Assembly: GCA_026996895.1 (NCBI GenBank)
Contig: JALWJX010000082.1
Coordinates: 38,031-102,030, forward strand
Source of the DNA: Candidatus Kapaibacterium sp.
Lineage (GTDB): Bacteria > Bacteroidota > Ignavibacteria > Kapaibacteriales > WFXC01
DNA: 64,000 bases
Direction of reading: 5' to 3'
Part shown: positions 10,381 through 20,592 of the stretch, in pieces
Position numbering within the stretch: the stretch's first letter is position 1
Layout of the letters: each line of letters begins with the position of its first letter
Made by a program: the position numbers and the translations under genes
Notes under the pieces: generated by a model
What the model was told of the DNA's origin: nothing
What the model saw: only the letters and a program-made list of their open reading frames with translations
Database searches by the model: none

Positions 10381-11808
10381 ATGTTGAACAAAAGAAGGAA
10401 GAAGGACAAAATGACGCAAAACGGACACCGCAGTAATGGCAGTGTATCATCTCTACCGTATCCGTACAAAGCCTACAATGTTCACACATTTCGGACTATC
10501 CCGCAGGTCCAGCAGTATCTGAGTCCGCAGCAACAATTTGAAATTACGGTTGTCGCGCAGGTCTTTCCTTTCAAGACCAATTCCTATGTGATCAACGAGC
10601 TCATCAACTGGGATGACATTCCCGACGATCCCATTTTCCGCCTGACCTTTCCTCATCGGGATATGTTACTGCCGGAAGATTTCGACCGTATTGCAGCACT
10701 GCTGGAAGCCAAGGACAGCGCTGGATTACGACAGGCGGTCTATGAAATCCGAATGAAGTTAAATCCGCATCCTGCCGGGCAGTTGGATTACAACGTTCCT
10801 GTCTGGAAAGGGGAACGCCTCAAAGGGATTCAACACAAATATCGAGAAACCGTGCTCTTCTTTCCCAGCCAGGGACAGACCTGCCACGCTTACTGCTCTT
10901 TTTGCTTCCGCTGGCCCCAATTTGTGGGGATGAATGATCTCAAATTTGCAATGCGAGAAGTAGAAAAACTCATTGGCTACCTGCAGGACCATCCCGAAGT
11001 CACGGATGTCCTGTTCACCGGCGGAGATCCGTTGATTATGAAAAGTTCGCTGCTGGCAGGCTATCTGGATGCCCTGATCGACGCTGATCTTCCGCATATT
11101 CGCACCATCCGGTTGGGAACGAAGTCACTGGCTTATTGGCCCTACAAATTCTTCGCCGAAGGGGAAGAAAGCGAGCAGTTATTAGCAGCTTTCCGCCGCG
11201 TCATCGACGCCGGTAAGCATTTAGCAGTGATGGCACACTTCAATCATTATCGGGAACTGGAAACCGAAGCGGCTGTTGCCGCAATCGAGGCTATTCGATC
11301 CACTGGAGCTGAAATCCGGACTCAATCGCCGGTGCTGCGATATATCAATGCTGACCCGAATGTGTGGGCACGAATGTGGCAGCGACAGGTCGAATTAGGC
11401 TGCATTCCATACTATATGTTCGTCGTGCGGGACACCGGTGCCCAGCACTACTTTGGCATTCCGCTGGTGGAAGCGTGGGAAATCTACCGTCAGGCGTGCA
11501 GCCGCGTCAGTGGCATTGCCCGTACCGTCCGAGGTCCCAGTATGTCCACGCATCCCGGCAAAGTGGAAATTCTGGGTCCTCAATCGATCAATGGGCAAAA
11601 GGTGCTGGTCCTGCGGATGCTCCAGGGCAGAAATCCGGAATGGACCTACCGACCATTTTTTGCACAATACGACGAAACGGCTCTCTGGCTGGATGACCTC
11701 AAACCCGCATTTGCGGAGAAATTCTTCTTTGAAGACGAGCTTCGGGCATTTGAAGCCCGGAAGAAAGCCGAGTATGCGCAGATTTCAGACATTGCGCAGG
11801 TTGTATAA
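10381..11808 (+). CDS. KamA-family radical SAM protein (lysine 2,3-aminomutase-like).
   Basis: It has the CHAYCSFCFRW CxxxCxxC cluster followed by the GGDPLIM motif characteristic of the KamA family. A GGAAGGA ribosome-binding site precedes the ATG at 10381; the longest ORF starts at 10093 but would overlap the divergent upstream gene. The protein has a C-terminal extension relative to canonical KamA. Confidence 0.75.
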   Translation: MLNKRRKKDKMTQNGHRSNGSVSSLPYPYKAYNVHTFRTIPQVQQYLSPQQQFEITVVAQVFPFKTNSYVINELINWDDIPDDPIFRLTFPHRDMLLPEDFDRIAALLEAKDSAGLRQAVYEIRMKLNPHPAGQLDYNVPVWKGERLKGIQHKYRETVLFFPSQGQTCHAYCSFCFRWPQFVGMNDLKFAMREVEKLIGYLQDHPEVTDVLFTGGDPLIMKSSLLAGYLDALIDADLPHIRTIRLGTKSLAYWPYKFFAEGEESEQLLAAFRRVIDAGKHLAVMAHFNHYRELETEAAVAAIEAIRSTGAEIRTQSPVLRYINADPNVWARMWQRQVELGCIPYYMFVVRDTGAQHYFGIPLVEAWEIYRQACSRVSGIARTVRGPSMSTHPGKVEILGPQSINGQKVLVLRMLQGRNPEWTYRPFFAQYDETALWLDDLKPAFAEKFFFEDELRAFEARKKAEYAQISDIAQVV

Positions 11809-11822
11809 ACAACCAATCCTCA

Positions 11823-11849
11823 GGGCGGCGCCTTCTGGCGCTCCGCCCT
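11823..11849. terminator. GC-rich hairpin between the convergent KamA-family and folK genes; candidate bidirectional terminator.
   Basis: gggcggcgcc-ttct-ggcgctccgccc forms an imperfect stem between two convergent stop codons. Confidence 0.35.
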
Positions 11850-11854
11850 CTGCT

Positions 11855-12370
11855 TTACGACACCAGCGTTAAAAATGCGGTAGCGCTCAGCCACCGCCTT
11901 ACCATAGCCGTATCAGGGCAGCGGCGAAGTAGATCCTGTATGGAGACCCCAAAAGAGGGATGGATCATCGCCGGCGCAACGTCGGCTGCTGGCTGGAGGA
12001 CAAAGCGACGATGGTGCATCCGGGGATGCGGCACCTGCACCTGCGCAGAAGCATACTGGTGCTCGCCATACAAAAGCAAATCTAAATCGATTTCTCGCTC
12101 CCTGCCGTGCTGATGTCGCTGCCGTTCGATCTGGCGCTCCAATCGCTGCAACTGCTGGAACAGGCTCAAGACCGAAAGGGCGGTATAACCAAAAAGCACC
12201 AGATTGAGAAACAGTGGCTGAGAGCGAAAACCCACCGGCTCGGTTTCGTACACCGCCGAGCTGCGAATGTCAAACAAGATTTTTTCCTGAACTAAAGCAG
12301 CGGTGGCCCGACGGAGAAAATAGAATCGGTTGCCAAGATTGCTGCCCACGCCTATCAAAACGGGAATCAT
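11855..12370 (-). CDS. folK: 2-amino-4-hydroxy-6-hydroxymethyldihydropteridine diphosphokinase (HPPK).
   Basis: The N-terminus is MIPVLIGVGSNLGN, and the motifs YETEPVG and REIDLDLLLYG match HPPK signatures. Confidence 0.85.
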   Translation of the reverse strand: MIPVLIGVGSNLGNRFYFLRRATAALVQEKILFDIRSSAVYETEPVGFRSQPLFLNLVLFGYTALSVLSLFQQLQRLERQIERQRHQHGREREIDLDLLLYGEHQYASAQVQVPHPRMHHRRFVLQPAADVAPAMIHPSFGVSIQDLLRRCPDTAMVRRWLSATAFLTLVS

Positions 12371-12744
12371 CGACGACGGTGAAGCTCTACTTCTATAAAA
12401 TCCACCATATGCTGGATCGGCGGACTGAGCTTCCGAACCCGGATGGTTGCCTGTTGAATCCGTGGAAATTGCTGGAGCACCTGTTCCAGCAGGTAATCTG
12501 CTACTTTTTCAATCAGGTAGAACTTGTGATGATTGAGTGACCGGGTTAGCAGTTCAACAATAGCTTCGTAATTCACTGCATCAGCCAGCGCATCGGTTTC
12601 GATTGCTCGACTGGCATCGTACCACACTTCCAGGTCAATGGCATATTTGCCACCCAGCACCCGCTCTTCTGAAATTGCCCCGTGATATGCGTGCAGTCGC
12701 AAGTTCGTAATTCGCAAGCAAAGCAAAGGGTGCTCAGTGTCCAT
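12367..12744 (-). CDS. folB: Dihydroneopterin aldolase.
   Basis: The segment LRITNLRLHAYHGAISEERVLGGKYAIDLEVWYD is typical of FolB. It lies adjacent to folK. The start is placed at the internal MDTEH to avoid overlap with hutI. Confidence 0.8.
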   Translation of the reverse strand: MDTEHPLLCLRITNLRLHAYHGAISEERVLGGKYAIDLEVWYDASRAIETDALADAVNYEAIVELLTRSLNHHKFYLIEKVADYLLEQVLQQFPRIQQATIRVRKLSPPIQHMVDFIEVELHRRR

Positions 12745-13993
12745 TGTCCACAACTTTTTGCCCTCGTACCCACACTTGCTGGACGTGATTGACACCAAAG
12801 TGATAGATCATTTCTGCTGCCTGGGACACATCCAGCACTAAGAAGTTCGCTTCTTTCCCCACTTCCAGACTGCCCATCCGGTCGGCAGCATCCACGGCCG
12901 CCGCACCATTCAGTGTCGCGGCGGTCAGTGCTTCTTCTACCGTCATTCGCATCTGCGTACACGCCATTGAGAGCATCAACTGCATATTTTCCGTGAACGA
13001 AGATCCGGGATTGCAGTCCGTTGCCAGTGCCACCGGCAATCCCGCATCGATAAGTTTCCGGGCTGGTGCATACGGCATCCGGAGGAAATAGGACGTGCCG
13101 GGCAGAACGGTTGCCACCGTTCCCGCCTGCTTTAACGCTTTGATCCCTCGATCGGAAATCTGGAGTAAATGATCGGCGGACACCGCCGAAAACCGCGCTG
13201 CCAGCTCTGCCGCTCCGGTGTTCGCAAATTCATCAGCGTGCAGCTTGATTTTCAACCCGTGCTGTTGCGCCACCTCCAGTATACGCTCTGCCTCTGCGGG
13301 GGTGTAGTAGCCTTCATCAACAAAAACGTCGCAGAACTGTGCCAGCCCTTCCTGCGCTACTTGCGGAATCATTTCTTCACAAATCAACTCGATATACCGC
13401 TGCCGATCCGAACGATATTCGGGAGGGAAATCGTGGGCGCCCAGAAAGGTCGCAAAAATCTCTACTGGCACCTGCTGCTGCAATGCCCGAATTGCTCGCA
13501 GTTGTTTCAACTCCGCTTCCACACTCAAGCCATAGCCACTTTTAATCTCCAGCGCCGTTGTGCCCCACCGGATTGCATTCCACACTCGCGGAAGCGAATG
13601 CGCTACCAATTCCTCAACCGATGCCTGCCGTACTGCCTCCATCGTCCGCAAAATGCCCCCTCCTTCAGCCGCAATTTCCAGATACGACACGCCACGGAGG
13701 CGGCGAACAAATTCATCGGTACGATTGCCAGCGAACACAATGTGGGTATGGGAATCCACAAATCCCGGAATAACGGCACGCTGCTCACAATCGACAACCT
13801 TAACGTCATCCCACAGATCCTGACGCAGCCCTTCCAGCGCTTCCTCTGTTGATCCAATCCACCGGATGTGGGTATCAAACACCATTGCACTATTGTGGAG
13901 CACACGCAATTGATTCATCGCCGCTCCCCGCTTTGCGCCGCCATCAGCTCCAGCAATGGTTACCAGTTCGCTGATATTGGTTAACAACCACAT
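12734..13993 (-). CDS. hutI: Imidazolonepropionase.
   Basis: It has the amidohydrolase metal ligands (GFVDSHTHIV, KLHADEF, ATDCNPGSS), matches HutI in length and motif order, and has an MWLLTNISELVTIAG N-terminus. Confidence 0.8.
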   Translation of the reverse strand: MWLLTNISELVTIAGADGGAKRGAAMNQLRVLHNSAMVFDTHIRWIGSTEEALEGLRQDLWDDVKVVDCEQRAVIPGFVDSHTHIVFAGNRTDEFVRRLRGVSYLEIAAEGGGILRTMEAVRQASVEELVAHSLPRVWNAIRWGTTALEIKSGYGLSVEAELKQLRAIRALQQQVPVEIFATFLGAHDFPPEYRSDRQRYIELICEEMIPQVAQEGLAQFCDVFVDEGYYTPAEAERILEVAQQHGLKIKLHADEFANTGAAELAARFSAVSADHLLQISDRGIKALKQAGTVATVLPGTSYFLRMPYAPARKLIDAGLPVALATDCNPGSSFTENMQLMLSMACTQMRMTVEEALTAATLNGAAAVDAADRMGSLEVGKEANFLVLDVSQAAEMIYHFGVNHVQQVWVRGQKVVDNGH

Positions 13994-14012
13994 CGCTGCC
14001 CTTCCCTTGATA

Positions 14013-15020
14013 CTACCGCAACGCCAGTGCAAAGTTAATGATTTCCTCTGGAATGTCAGGGTGGTTGGTCTGCGATAGATCGGCTGCTACTTCCAGCGGC
14101 AGCGGCGGTTGAATGTGTCCGGTATAAAAAGCGGTGTAGAACCCGCTGTCTGCATCACTGAGCGCATCCTTTGCCATCCGATATCCCAGCCAACTGGCAC
14201 GCAGAATATCCGTCACCGCTGCTTTCCCACCCCGCTGGAAGTAGCTCATATCCACCGTTCGCACTTCCCGCTGGATTCCACGACGCTGGAAGATCTCTTC
14301 AAAAATCGTCTGTATTTCCTCCAGCGATTTTGGATACGCCTCGCTGACGATGATGCGAGTATCGCGATCCCGCTGCGAGGCGATCGTTGCTAATTTCTCG
14401 AAGTCCACCTGCTCATTCGGGCGAATTACATATTCTGCTCCGGCAGCAATACCCGAAAACAGTGCCAGAAAAGCAGAGTCTCGTCCCATCGATCGGATCA
14501 GGTACAGTCGGCGGTGGCTACTGGCAGTATCCCGAATCCACTCCAGCATCTGGAGGCTTTTGTCAATCGCACTGTAAAAGCCAATGGAAGTGCCATAGAT
14601 GTTGCAAACATCGTTATCGATCGAACCGGGGGCAAAGAGAATGCGCGTCCGCCACTGCTCTTTCCGTAAAATCTGATTGATCACATTTGCCGCCTGCAAA
14701 CTGCCATTGCCACCACACACAAAAAGATAGTCAAAAGCTTCGTCGTGCAAGTTCCGGGCAACGGTTCGCTGGACCTCTGGATCTTCTTTCAACTCTGGAA
14801 ATCGCAAAGTCCCCAGGATCGTTCCTCCTGTCGTCAGGATGCCAGCAACGTCACGTTTACCAAGCCGACGATAGTGGTTAAACGCCAGCCCCCGCCACCC
14901 ATCAATGACGCCCCACACCGAGGTTTCCGGTCGAGTGTTCAGAAGCGTTCGCACCACTGCGCGGATAAAAGCATTCATTCCCGGCGAATCACCACCACCA
15001 GTCAGGATGGCACATTTCAT
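14013..15020 (-). CDS. pfkA: 6-phosphofructokinase (PfkA family), copy 1.
   Basis: It has MKCAILTGGGDSPGMNAFIRAVVR, the SMGRDS motif and the GSIDNDV catalytic loop. Confidence 0.85.
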   Translation of the reverse strand: MKCAILTGGGDSPGMNAFIRAVVRTLLNTRPETSVWGVIDGWRGLAFNHYRRLGKRDVAGILTTGGTILGTLRFPELKEDPEVQRTVARNLHDEAFDYLFVCGGNGSLQAANVINQILRKEQWRTRILFAPGSIDNDVCNIYGTSIGFYSAIDKSLQMLEWIRDTASSHRRLYLIRSMGRDSAFLALFSGIAAGAEYVIRPNEQVDFEKLATIASQRDRDTRIIVSEAYPKSLEEIQTIFEEIFQRRGIQREVRTVDMSYFQRGGKAAVTDILRASWLGYRMAKDALSDADSGFYTAFYTGHIQPPLPLEVAADLSQTNHPDIPEEIINFALALR

Positions 15021-15214
15021 TGCTCTCGCCCTCCATTTCTGTTCTCGTCTTACCGAAAAGCTGTTATCGACGTTTCCTCCAGATTCCCATTGGTACGCTG
15101 CGCCTCACACCTTCAGGGTTCAACCCTGACGGTCACCTGTTTGCCAGACCGGCGACCATAAAGCAGTGGAACATTCGTCGCCTTTGCCGCTTTTGGCAGG
15201 GAACCAGGAAACGG

Positions 15215-16303
15215 ATGCGCATTCTCTTTCTCAACTCTATTGGCACAAAGAAATTCGGCGGCGGCGAACGATGGATGATTACTGCCGCCAGCGGCTTAGC
15301 GCAGCGGGGACATACCATATTCGTTGGAGGGAAGAAAAATGGGCGCTTCCTGCAGCAGGCGCAACGCGCCGGGCTTACAACGGTTCCCCTGACCATTCGA
15401 TCAGACATCAGTCCGCTGGCGACGTGGAAAATTGCTCGATTTCTTCGACGCAAACGGATTGACATTCTGGTGTGCAATCTCAACAAAGATGTCCGAGTTG
15501 CCGGACTGGCTGCTCGACTGGTCAAAACGCCGGTTGTCATCGCCCGGCACGGTGTCCTGCTCTGCGGTCCCAAATGGAAACACAAAGTCACTCTGACCCG
15601 GTTAGCAGACGGCATCCTGACCAATACGGCATCTATCAAAGCGGTATACGACTCCTATGGGTGGTTCGGCCCGGACTTCGTCAAAGTCATTTACAACGGT
15701 GTTGCAGATCTCACCACCGTTGCCCCCCATGACTTCGGGCAGGAATATCCCGGCAAACAGGTTATTGTGAGCGCTGGTCGCTTATCGGAACAAAAAGGAT
15801 TTCCATTTCTCATTGAAGCGGCGGCACTGCTGCGACAACAGCGAGATGATTTTGTCGTGCTGATCGCAGGTAGCGGACGTCTCCGGACACAATTAGAGCG
15901 GCTGATTGAGCGCCACCATCTCAACAACACGGTTTTCCTTATTGGCTATCGTGATCCTGTGGCGCCCTTGCTTCGTGGCAGTGATATTGTTGCCTTAGCG
16001 TCCCTGTACGAAGGAATGCCCAACGTGATTCTGGAAGCAATGGCAGCGGCAAAACCGGTAGTGGCAACGGCGGTCAACGGAATTCCGGAACTGGTGGAAC
16101 ACGAGCGAACTGGATTACTTGTCCCCCCGAAAAATCCAGAAGCGCTGGCAACAGCGCTCCAGCAATTACTGGACAACCCCGATCTGCGATCTCGCTACGG
16201 ACAAGCGGGATATGAGCGCGTCCGCTCCCGCTTTACCATCGACCGAATGATCGATGAACTGGAAGCATACTTTGCACAAAAACTTGCCGAGCGGCAACGG
16301 TGA
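15215..16303 (+). CDS. Family 4 (GT-B) glycosyltransferase.
   Basis: The C-terminal EGMPNVILEAMAAAKPVVATAVNGIPELV matches the GT4 EX7E-type motif region. The start at MRILFLN follows an RBS-like aggaaacgg; the longest ORF begins at 15020. Confidence 0.8.
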   Translation: MRILFLNSIGTKKFGGGERWMITAASGLAQRGHTIFVGGKKNGRFLQQAQRAGLTTVPLTIRSDISPLATWKIARFLRRKRIDILVCNLNKDVRVAGLAARLVKTPVVIARHGVLLCGPKWKHKVTLTRLADGILTNTASIKAVYDSYGWFGPDFVKVIYNGVADLTTVAPHDFGQEYPGKQVIVSAGRLSEQKGFPFLIEAAALLRQQRDDFVVLIAGSGRLRTQLERLIERHHLNNTVFLIGYRDPVAPLLRGSDIVALASLYEGMPNVILEAMAAAKPVVATAVNGIPELVEHERTGLLVPPKNPEALATALQQLLDNPDLRSRYGQAGYERVRSRFTIDRMIDELEAYFAQKLAERQR

Positions 16304-17349
16304 TGAGCCTGGTGCGGGATCTCCATCGATGGATCAAAAAACGGCTGGTAGCGCGGCTGGTCTCTCCTGCTTCCCCACGTCCGATGCCATATCCGCCAGC
16401 CCGTATTGGCATACTGAGCTGGGAGCGATGGGGCGATGCTATCCTGCTGACGTCGCTGGTGCGTGGTTTACATCAAGGATTTCCTCAGGCTGAGCTGACC
16501 ATATTCACATTCTCGGATGCATCGAAACAGTTTTTCCACCAATTTTGCCAGGAATATCCGTGGCTGCAATACTGCTTTTATGAGCGACTGACGCAGTTGC
16601 GTACCTCCGAACTTCCGCCTTTTGACTGGCTGATCAGTACCAAAGATCACTTTTCTGCGACGTTTGTGCTGGCATTGGCCTCCATTCCCCATCGATACCG
16701 CATTGGCTTTGCTCACCCGGACTATGCCCGGTACCTCCATCTTCCGGTTGTAACGCCGTATGAAATGCCGATCGTCGAAAAGTACCGATCCCTTCTGCAG
16801 CGGGTTGGCGTTACGATATCCGATGAATCGCTGCGTCCCGTGATACCATTGCAATCGGTTCGATCGGCAATCTGGCAATGGATTGAGCAGCATCGCAACG
16901 ATCGCCCCATCGGGATTAACCTCAGTGCAGGACATCCCGATCGTTGCCTGACGGAAGCCCAGGTGCGGGCACTCATCGAGCACTTTGCTCCGTATCCTGT
17001 CATCCTCTTTGCCGTTGGCGCGCAGCAATCCATCGTGCCAATCTTAGCCAGGCATTACCCTTCGGTGCTGTTGCCGCCATCGCCAGCGTCTATTTTCGAA
17101 GCGGCGGCGCTGCTTCAGGCTACCGCTCTGCTGATCTCTCCGGACACCGCGCTGGTACACGCCGCTTCGGCTATGCGCACACCGGTGGTTGTTTTGTACC
17201 TAAACCAACACCGATTCGCCGAACGCTTCGCCCCATATCGCGTTCCCTACCGGCGTCTCATTACCGATGGTGCAACAATTGCGACAATCTCTACGTCCAG
17301 CCTCATTCGTGCCATCGAAGCGTTATGGGCAGCCCAGAATGAAGCATAA
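16300..17349 (+). CDS. Family 9 glycosyltransferase (heptosyltransferase-like).
   Basis: It matches a GT9 heptosyltransferase fold in length and motif order (GDAILLTSLVRGLHQGFPQAELTIFT) and is translationally coupled to the flanking GT4 genes. Confidence 0.65.
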   Translation: MMSLVRDLHRWIKKRLVARLVSPASPRPMPYPPARIGILSWERWGDAILLTSLVRGLHQGFPQAELTIFTFSDASKQFFHQFCQEYPWLQYCFYERLTQLRTSELPPFDWLISTKDHFSATFVLALASIPHRYRIGFAHPDYARYLHLPVVTPYEMPIVEKYRSLLQRVGVTISDESLRPVIPLQSVRSAIWQWIEQHRNDRPIGINLSAGHPDRCLTEAQVRALIEHFAPYPVILFAVGAQQSIVPILARHYPSVLLPPSPASIFEAAALLQATALLISPDTALVHAASAMRTPVVVLYLNQHRFAERFAPYRVPYRRLITDGATIATISTSSLIRAIEALWAAQNEA

Positions 17350-18568
17350 GCTGCTAATCCTATCCGAAGACTTCCCACCATATCCGGGTGGCATTGCCCA
17401 ATGGGCGCGGGGCATTGCGGTAGGTATTGCGAAAATGGGGGTCGAAGTTCACGTGCTTACCCGACACCGCAAAGATTTCATCCCGATTGCTCCTCATCCC
17501 AACGTGCACCTTCACTTCGTGTACGGCAAACGCTGGGCACAATTCCGCTCGCTGTACTATCGCCGCGCGGTTCGGGAACTGCTTGCTAAGGTCTTTGGCA
17601 TCGACACCATCATCGCCACAACGTGGAACGTCGCACGCGGTCTGGGTTCGATCATCGCAGCAGAACGCATCCGGTTGCTTACGGTTTTGCACGGAATGGA
17701 AATCACGCGTCGAATGCCGCGATGGAAACGGGCACTGCTATTGCACACGCTCTATAAAAGCAATCTGCTGATCGCTGTCAGCCAGTTTACGGCACAATCG
17801 GTGCTCCGCCTTGACCCCCTGCTCAAACACAAAATGTACGTTTTTCCCAATGGTGTCGATCCTGATCGCTTCCGTCCTGACATTGATCCCCAGCCGCTTC
17901 GAGAACGCTACCAGTTGACAGGCGAAGAAAAAATCCTACTGACGCTTTCCCGGATCATTGAGCGGAAAGGGCACGATCGCGTACTGGAAGCGCTTCCCTC
18001 TGTGATCCAGCACTTTCCTCACACGCGGTACTTTATCTGCGGTCCGGGCGATCCAGCATACGTTGCAAAGCTGCGAGCTATGGTAGAACAGAAAGGATTT
18101 GAGCCGTATGTCATTTTTGAGGGATATGTGCCGGAAGCAGACCTTCCTGTTTTCTACAACCTGTGCGATGTCTATATTATGCTTGCTCGAACGATTGCCG
18201 AAACCGGCGATGTTGAAGGCTTTGGCATTACCTATCTGGAAGCCAATGCGTGCGGTAAACCGGTCATTGCTGGATGCTCCGGCGGTGTAACGGATGCCGT
18301 CATCGATGGTGTCACGGGACTGTGTGTGGATCCCGACAATGTGCCAGCCATTGCCGATACTATCTGCCGACTGTTTGCCGATCCCGCACTGGCGCAGCGC
18401 CTTGGGCGCGCAGGACGGCAACGGATTGAACGGGAATTGAGCTGGGACCGAATTGCTGAAAAAATGCTGCCGCTTCTCTTTCCTCTGACGCACGTCAATC
18501 TTGCCGAACCAAATCCGTCATCGGTTTACAATGAACAAGTCGAAACAAAGCAGGGAGAAACGCAATGA
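17339..18568 (+). CDS. Family 4 glycosyltransferase.
   Basis: The N-terminus [25 protein letters not shown] and the C-terminal [29 protein letters not shown] are GT4-like. Confidence 0.8.
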   Translation: MKHKLLILSEDFPPYPGGIAQWARGIAVGIAKMGVEVHVLTRHRKDFIPIAPHPNVHLHFVYGKRWAQFRSLYYRRAVRELLAKVFGIDTIIATTWNVARGLGSIIAAERIRLLTVLHGMEITRRMPRWKRALLLHTLYKSNLLIAVSQFTAQSVLRLDPLLKHKMYVFPNGVDPDRFRPDIDPQPLRERYQLTGEEKILLTLSRIIERKGHDRVLEALPSVIQHFPHTRYFICGPGDPAYVAKLRAMVEQKGFEPYVIFEGYVPEADLPVFYNLCDVYIMLARTIAETGDVEGFGITYLEANACGKPVIAGCSGGVTDAVIDGVTGLCVDPDNVPAIADTICRLFADPALAQRLGRAGRQRIERELSWDRIAEKMLPLLFPLTHVNLAEPNPSSVYNEQVETKQGETQ

Positions 18569-19890
18569 ATTTTCAAAAGCTCACGCTAAAAGCACAGGAT
18601 GCTATGCAGAAGGCGCAGGAAATTGCGGCATCCCACAGCCATCAAGCGATCGAACCGGAGCACCTCCTTTATGCTCTGCTGCAAGATAGCTCCGGCATTG
18701 TACGCCCAATGCTGCTCAAGCTGGGAGCGAACGTTGACTACATCGAATCAGAACTGGAGCGTGAACTGGAACGATTGCCCAAAGTAAGCGGAGCGGCTCT
18801 GGGGAATCAGTATCTGTCCAAAACGCTGGTATCGGTGCTGGAAGCAGCGCTACAGGAAGCGCAGTCAATGCAGGACGAGTTTGTCAGCACTGAACACCTG
18901 CTCATTGCCCTTGCAGAATCCAAAACGGAAGCTGGACGGATTCTGACGGCGCAAGGTGCAACGAAGGAGACTATTTTACGGGTGCTCCAGGAATTCCGGG
19001 GATCGCGCCGGGTCACGGACCAGGCGGCTGAAGAGAAGTATCAGGCACTGAAGAAATACGGTAGAGTGTTGAACGACGAAGCCCGGCAGGGCAAACTGGA
19101 TCCGGTCATCGGACGGGAAGAGGAAATCCGACGTGTTTTGCAGGTACTTTCACGGCGAACCAAAAACAATCCCGTGTTGGTTGGCGATCCCGGCGTCGGG
19201 AAAACAGCGATTGTCGAAGGGATCGCCCAGCGAATCGTTAACGGAGATGTACCGGAGAACCTGAAGACCAAAACCATTGTGCAACTGGACTTAGCCGCCT
19301 TAGTCGCTGGTACTTCCTTCCGGGGACAGTTTGAAGAGCGGCTCAAAGCGGTGATCGAAGAAGTGGTCGAATCCAACGGGGAAATTATTTTGTTCATCGA
19401 CGAAATCCACACGCTGGTTGGAGCGGGCAGTGCGCAGGGCAGTATGGACGCTGCCAACATTCTGAAACCGCCATTAGCCCGCGGGGAGCTCCGATGCATT
19501 GGCGCTACTACGCTGGACGAGTACCGCAAGTACATTGAAAAAGACCCGGCGCTGGAGCGGCGATTCCAGAAAATTCTGGTTGAAGAGCCGTCGGTTGAGG
19601 AGACCATTTCTATTCTGCGGGGACTGAAAGAGCGGTACGAAGTTCATCACGGCGTCCGCATTACAGATGCTGCGCTGGTTGCTGCTGCGGAGCTATCCGA
19701 CCGTTACATCAACGACCGCTACCTGCCCGACAAAGCGATTGATCTGATCGACGAAGCTGCCAGCAAGCTCCGCATTGAAATCGACTCTATGCCCGAAGAG
19801 CTGGACGCACTGGAGCGGCGCATCCGACAACTGGAAATCGAGCGAGCGGCGCTGTTACGGGAACTGGAAGCAGCCCCAGCGTCGGCATAA
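18565..19890 (+). pseudogene. clpB: clpB-like chaperone gene truncated after 441 codons. It retains the Clp N domain, nucleotide-binding domain 1 and the start of the coiled-coil M domain; nucleotide-binding domain 2 is absent.
   Basis: It has Clp N-terminal repeats, the Walker A motif [20 protein letters not shown], and an NBD1 that ends in the M-domain helix ([23 protein letters not shown]) followed by TAA. No downstream ORF encodes the second AAA module. Confidence 0.6.
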
Positions 19891-20037
19891 CAGCGATAAC
19901 GCAGAGGACAGCGTCCCGGCACTCTCTGCCGACTTTCTTCCGTCGCTCCAGAGAGCAGCAGATAGCGGAGTGCCGGGTACCTTAGCGCAAAAGCGTAAAT
20001 TTGCAATTCCCTAAGCATCGCAACAACTGTCTCAGTA

Positions 20038-20259
20038 ATGGATATGGACGCTCGCAACAAATTCCAGCACCTGCTCCGGGAATTGTTCCAGTTCGACACT
20101 GCCGATCTGGACTTCGGCATCTACCGTATTATGAACCGCAAGCGGGAGGTCAACGCTGTTTCAAAAGAAAAGATATCTTTGCCAATCGACGGGCTCTGTT
20201 TTGCGCCCCTCTTTTGCTGTACACGCAACCGATGGAATGTTCACCGTGCAGGTGGTTGA
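20038..20259 (+). pseudogene. 73-codon gene remnant, apparently the N-terminal fragment of a larger protein.
   Basis: The segment FQHLLRELFQFDTADLDFGIYRIMNRKRE reads like a conserved N-terminal motif but stops abruptly. It is wedged between truncated clpB and the toxin-antitoxin pair, and its identity is uncertain. Confidence 0.3.
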
Positions 20260-20277
20260 AAATCTGGAGGAGAGAAA

Positions 20278-20592
20278 ATGCCATTGAAAATCCAGTATTC
20301 CCGCAGCGCTCTTGAAAAGTTCTGCAAGCGATGGCACATTCAGGAACTTGCTCTTTTCGGCTCTTCACTGCGGGAGGACTTCCGACCTGACAGTGATGTG
20401 GATGTTCTGGTCACCTTTCAACCTGGGATCTTCTGGTCCTTTCGGGACTGGCTCCAGATGGTGCGTGAACTGGAAGCTATTTTTGGACGAACGGTAGACC
20501 TGGTGGAACGCCGGATGGTAGAGCAAAGCAAAAACTATATCCGCCGCAATCATATTCTCACTCACCTGGAGCAGGTCTATGTGGCGCGATGA
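20278..20592 (+). CDS. mntA: Nucleotidyltransferase antitoxin (MntA-like) of a HepT/MntA type VII toxin-antitoxin pair.
   Basis: It has the minimal nucleotidyltransferase motif [18 protein letters not shown] (GS-x9-DxD). Confidence 0.8.
   Translation: MPLKIQYSRSALEKFCKRWHIQELALFGSSLREDFRPDSDVDVLVTFQPGIFWSFRDWLQMVRELEAIFGRTVDLVERRMVEQSKNYIRRNHILTHLEQVYVAR

Noticed and set aside
13169-13852. A 227-aa plus-strand ORF and several others (13339-13545, 13558-13823) inside hutI on the opposite strand.
   Set aside because: They are antisense to a well-supported hutI with intact metal-binding motifs, and they have no RBS or recognisable domains.
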